From: Candidatus Eiseniibacteriota bacterium
GTDB taxonomy: Bacteria > Eisenbacteria > RBG-16-71-46 > SZUA-252
Reading direction: 5' to 3'
Assembly: GCA_036505295.1 (NCBI GenBank)
Contig: DASXTQ010000084.1
Coordinates: 511 to 64,510 of the forward strand
DNA length: 64,000 bases
Under the pieces are notes generated by a model. That model did not search any database, was not told the DNA's origin, and worked only from the letters and a program-made list of their open reading frames with translations. Below are positions 60,338 to 64,000 of the stretch, one piece after another (the first letter of the stretch is position 1; every line of letters starts with the position of its first letter). A program made the position numbers and the translations under genes.

Positions 60338-62838
60338 TCAGTAATCGCACTCATCCCGCACAGCAGGCCGTCGGCCTCAGCGAATTATTCGAGCCTGAGC
60401 CGCGACCCATGGTGACGAGCGTCGAATCAGTCGAGGAATTCCGGGCAATGCTGCTCGCGCTTCAAGAGGGCGGGGCGCGCGGGTCGGGCCGTGGGCGTGG
60501 CGCCACGAGCCCCAACGGTGCACACTCTCGCATTGGCGAGCGTACCGTACGCAACCCGCGACCCTACGATCAGCCCGAGCTTGTCCACGCGGAATCGCTC
60601 CCCGCGCGCCCCGCGCGCTACGCCGATCTCGCCGAGCCGCTTCCTCGCGCGCTCGCGCACGTCCTCGCCGCACAGGGGATCGCCCGCCTCTACGCGCACC
60701 AAGCGCAGGCGATCGACCTCGCGCGCGCGGGGAAACACGTCGTCGTCGCGACCGGCACCGCTTCGGGGAAATCGCTCGCGTATCACATCCCGGTTCTCGA
60801 GCGTCTTCTCCTCGAGCAGCCGGCCACCGCGCTCTATCTCTTCCCGACGAAGGCGCTCGCGCAGGATCAGCTTCGGGGGCTGCACCGATTCGCGGACGGC
60901 TCGCACGACCTCGCGCGCGTGCTCGCGACCGGTTCCTACGATGGGGACACGCCGGGCTCGGCACGGAGGAAGCTCCGCGAAACCGGAAACGCGATTCTCA
61001 CGAACCCCGACATGCTTCACCAGGGGATCCTCCCGTACCACGCGCGCTGGGGGCGGTTCTTCACGAACCTCCGTTACGTTGTCGTGGACGAAGTGCACAC
61101 ATACCGCGGCATCTTCGGCTCGCACGTGGCGAACGTGCTCCGGCGGCTCAGGCGCATCGCGCGACACTACGGCGCGGAGCCTCAGTTCCTCTGCTCCTCG
61201 GCCACACTCCGGAACCCTCAAGAGCTGGCAGAGCTTCTGGTCGGCGACGACGTCCACGTCGTCGATCAGGACGGCTCACCGCGCGGCCCCAAGCTCTTTG
61301 CCTTCTGGAATCCACGCACGTACGGGCCCGACTCACCCGAGCGCCGGAGTGCCTCCATCGATGCCGAGCGGATGCTGGTCGCGCTGCTCCGGCGCGGAGT
61401 GCAGTCCATCGTGTTCACGAAGGCGCGGGTCGTCGCCGAGCTGATCTACCGTTACGCCCGCGAGCGCCTGGAGCGCGAATCGCGCGGACTGGCGGACCTC
61501 TTGAGCCCCTACCGCGGCGGCTACCTACCCGAGGAGCGCCGCGCCATCGAGCGGCGCCTCTTCGACGGGGAGCTTCGCGGCGTGATCTCGACCAACGCGC
61601 TCGAGCTGGGCATCGACGTCGGCACCCTCGACGCCTCGATTCTGGTCGGTTTCCCGAACACGATCGCAAGCACGTGGCAGCAGGCGGGGCGCTCGGGCCG
61701 GAAGCAGGCGCCTTCGCTCGCGGTCGTGGTCGCGTACGAGGATCCGGTCGACCAGTACCTCATGCGGCATCCGAGCTACTTCTTCGGACAGTCGCCGGAG
61801 AGCGCGGTGCTGGACCCGGAGAATCCCTATGTGCTCGCCTCGCAGCTTTCCTGCGCTGCCTACGAGCTGCCGCTGAGCGAGGAGGACGAGGCGATATTCG
61901 GAAGCCGCGCGCCCGCGATCGCGTCGCTCCTCGAGGAGGAGGGTTCGTTCAAGTCCCTCGACGGCCTCCGCTACTGGTCCTCGGCCGAGTACCCGGCGGG
62001 CAGCGTGAACCTGCGCACCATCTCCGACGACACGTTCACCATCCTCGACCAGACGCGCGAGAACGCGGTGCTCGGCACGGTCGATTCGATCAGCGCGCCG
62101 GAGCTGTTATATCCAGAAGCAATCTATCTTCACGAAGGCGACACCTATTTCGTCCGCGATCTTGATTTAAAGCAAAAGATTGCCTACGTCGAGCCGCGCG
62201 AGGTGGACTACTACACGCAGCCTGTGCTCGACACGCACCTGAAGCTCGAGGAGACGCGCGAATCGAAGAAGCTCGGAGACGAGACGATCGGGCTTGGACC
62301 TGCCGGAGTCTCCTGGGCGACCGTCGCGATGAAGAAGATTCGCTTCCGGAGTCTCGATGCAATCGGCTATCACCCGCTCGACCTTCCGCGGCAGAAATTG
62401 GACACGATGGCGCTTTGGATTCAGCCCTCCGAGGGCACGCGAAACCATGTCAAGATCGCAGGGCTCAACCCGCGCGAGGGGATGTCGGGGCTACGAAACC
62501 TCCTCATCACGGTGCTGCCGCTCCACGTCATGTGCGACCGGCCCGATATCGGCGGGATCCTGGACAGAGCCAACCTCGGCGAGCCGACCATCTTCATGTA
62601 CGACCGCTACCCTGGCGGTTTGGGGTACGCCGAGCGCGGATACGCGATCGTCGGGGAGCTGTTGAGCGCGTCGCTCCGGCTGGTCGAGGACTGCCCGTGC
62701 GAGCTGGGATGCCCCTCTTGCGTGGGGCTCCCGATCATGCGGCCCGCGCAGCAGCAGGATCCCGATTTGTATGGCGGCTGGCCGATCCCAAGCAAGGCCG
62801 CGACCCTGGCACTGTTGCGGCGGATGCTCGGCCGGTGA
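60334..62838 (+). CDS. mrfA: MrfA/YprA-like DEXH-box helicase with a C-terminal DUF1998 Cys4 domain
   Basis: Walker A GTASGKS, DEVH box, helicase C, and a C-terminal CPCELGCPSC zinc cluster. Alternative start at 60409. Confidence 0.8.
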   Translation: MISNRTHPAQQAVGLSELFEPEPRPMVTSVESVEEFRAMLLALQEGGARGSGRGRGATSPNGAHSRIGERTVRNPRPYDQPELVHAESLPARPARYADLAEPLPRALAHVLAAQGIARLYAHQAQAIDLARAGKHVVVATGTASGKSLAYHIPVLERLLLEQPATALYLFPTKALAQDQLRGLHRFADGSHDLARVLATGSYDGDTPGSARRKLRETGNAILTNPDMLHQGILPYHARWGRFFTNLRYVVVDEVHTYRGIFGSHVANVLRRLRRIARHYGAEPQFLCSSATLRNPQELAELLVGDDVHVVDQDGSPRGPKLFAFWNPRTYGPDSPERRSASIDAERMLVALLRRGVQSIVFTKARVVAELIYRYARERLERESRGLADLLSPYRGGYLPEERRAIERRLFDGELRGVISTNALELGIDVGTLDASILVGFPNTIASTWQQAGRSGRKQAPSLAVVVAYEDPVDQYLMRHPSYFFGQSPESAVLDPENPYVLASQLSCAAYELPLSEEDEAIFGSRAPAIASLLEEEGSFKSLDGLRYWSSAEYPAGSVNLRTISDDTFTILDQTRENAVLGTVDSISAPELLYPEAIYLHEGDTYFVRDLDLKQKIAYVEPREVDYYTQPVLDTHLKLEETRESKKLGDETIGLGPAGVSWATVAMKKIRFRSLDAIGYHPLDLPRQKLDTMALWIQPSEGTRNHVKIAGLNPREGMSGLRNLLITVLPLHVMCDRPDIGGILDRANLGEPTIFMYDRYPGGLGYAERGYAIVGELLSASLRLVEDCPCELGCPSCVGLPIMRPAQQQDPDLYGGWPIPSKAATLALLRRMLGR

Positions 62839-63725
62839 TCTCCCAGGCGCTGCGGCAACGCATCGGGGAGATGCTCCGGGACGAGGCTCAAGTTGGTCGC
62901 GCCGGCGCGACGCTCGACCCCGCCGTGCGCCGCCCGCGCGAACCGCGGATCGTGCCCGCTTCGATCGAGGACATTCTCCCAGGCGGCGTCATGATCGGGC
63001 GCGAGGGTGCTATGTTCGTGCACGAGCGCCTCTACACGGACCTGAACGAGCGGCCGACGCCGCTGCTCAAGAAGTACGAGCAGATCGGAAGGCTGCCGGA
63101 CCCCGACGAGGCTTCCATGCCCCGCACCCTCCCTGAAGCGATCGAGGCGCTCGATCCGCCCGAGCGAGGGCTCTTCCAGAAGTTCGGGCATCGCCGCATG
63201 CTGTTCCTCGATATCGAGACGTGCGGGCTCCAGTCGCAGCCTGTCTTTCTGGTCGGGCTCTGCCACATCGGGGAGAGGAATCTCGTCTTGCGCCAGCTAT
63301 TCGCGCGCGACTACGCCGAGGAACGCTGCCTGCTCGCCGAGGTGGAGCGGATTCTGGGCGAGCACGACTTTCTCGTCACCTACAATGGGAAGACCTTCGA
63401 CCTTCCGTTCCTGCGCCACCGCGCCGTGTACCACAGGCTGCGCTTCGAGACCCGGATCCCGCACCTCGACCTTCTCTGGATGGTGAGACGCCGCTGGAAG
63501 GATCGCCTGCCCGACTGCAGACTCAAGACGCTCGAATCGCGCGTCCTGCGGCGCCTGCGCGCCGGCGACATCGACGGCTCCGAGATTCCCGGCGCCTATC
63601 ACGAGTACGTGAAGCACGGCCAGCCGCACCGGCTCCTCCCCGTGTTCCACCACAACCTGCTCGACGTGGTCGCGATGGCGGAGCTGCTTCCGAAACTCTT
63701 CGAGCCGGACCCCGAAGTCTACTGA
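62835..63725 (+). CDS. mrfB: MrfB/YprB-like RNase H-fold 3'-5' exonuclease
   Basis: Motifs FLDIETCGL (DxE), YNGKTFDLPFL and HHNLLDVVAM (DEDDh). GTG at 62835 overlaps the mrfA stop (GTGA). Alternative ATG at 62871. Confidence 0.75.
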   Translation: MISQALRQRIGEMLRDEAQVGRAGATLDPAVRRPREPRIVPASIEDILPGGVMIGREGAMFVHERLYTDLNERPTPLLKKYEQIGRLPDPDEASMPRTLPEAIEALDPPERGLFQKFGHRRMLFLDIETCGLQSQPVFLVGLCHIGERNLVLRQLFARDYAEERCLLAEVERILGEHDFLVTYNGKTFDLPFLRHRAVYHRLRFETRIPHLDLLWMVRRRWKDRLPDCRLKTLESRVLRRLRAGDIDGSEIPGAYHEYVKHGQPHRLLPVFHHNLLDVVAMAELLPKLFEPDPEVY

Positions 63726-64000
63726 TAATCGACCATCCTCTCGACATCACGCGTACGGAGCGATTCGCCTAGATGACCGGCCGTGGCCCTCCTTTTGACG
63801 GCGTCGGGAGTCCGTCGCGGGCACGCGACCCCGCACCACCGCTAAAGCACGCCGGATGGCGGATGACCCAAAGGCACGCCGTTTGCAGAGCCGCTGTATC
63901 GTGCCGCGGCCGCTGCGCCCCTGCTTGCGTGACGAGCACGCGGATCACGACCCGCTGGATGGGTAAGCCCGTGGACGGGGTGGTCGGAGGGGGAGGCGGA

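Noticed and set aside
63726-64000. Possible gene at the right edge of the window
   Set aside because: No ORF with start and stop is resolvable in the remaining ~275 bp, and the translations in all frames are low-complexity. Left unannotated.

Overview
This is a high-GC (about 65-70%) bacterial chromosomal window that spans the replication-origin neighbourhood. The gene order is the classic one: mnmG(partial)-mnmE-jag-yidC-yidD-rnpA-rpmH on the minus strand, then dnaA-dnaN-recF-DUF721-gyrB-gyrA on the plus strand. DnaA-box clusters sit both upstream of dnaA and in the dnaA-dnaN spacer, which is the presumptive oriC. Downstream come rex, an EamA transporter, and envelope and peptidoglycan genes (M23 peptidase, S11 DD-carboxypeptidase, PDZ protein, beta-helix protein, a double M16 peptidase). 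These are followed by rlmD, an OMP-like protein, two cupredoxin-like proteins, an orphan HAMP histidine kinase, lon, asd, a TolB-like propeller, fabF, a subtilase, an ABC ATPase and a minus-strand cluster of small tailoring-type enzymes.

Two loci stand out. (1) Immediately upstream of lon there is a predicted sigma-54 (-24/-12) promoter. It drives two tandem paralogous micro-ORFs of 24 and 23 aa, each a single hydrophobic helix with an identical PDGKAGW C-terminus, and they are followed by a textbook intrinsic terminator. (2) A seven-gene co-directional, stop/start-overlapping unit begins with lexA, which carries a TGCNCN4GTGCA palindrome in its own promoter. It runs lexA, an unknown 98-aa ORF, dinB, a DUF72 protein, a DUF222-HNH endonuclease, then MrfA-like helicase (DUF1998) and MrfB-like exonuclease. 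This looks like an expanded SOS/damage-repair operon. No CRISPR array, rRNA or convincing tRNA was found. Many long R/A/G-rich ORFs in the six-frame track are alternate-frame artefacts of high-GC genes.
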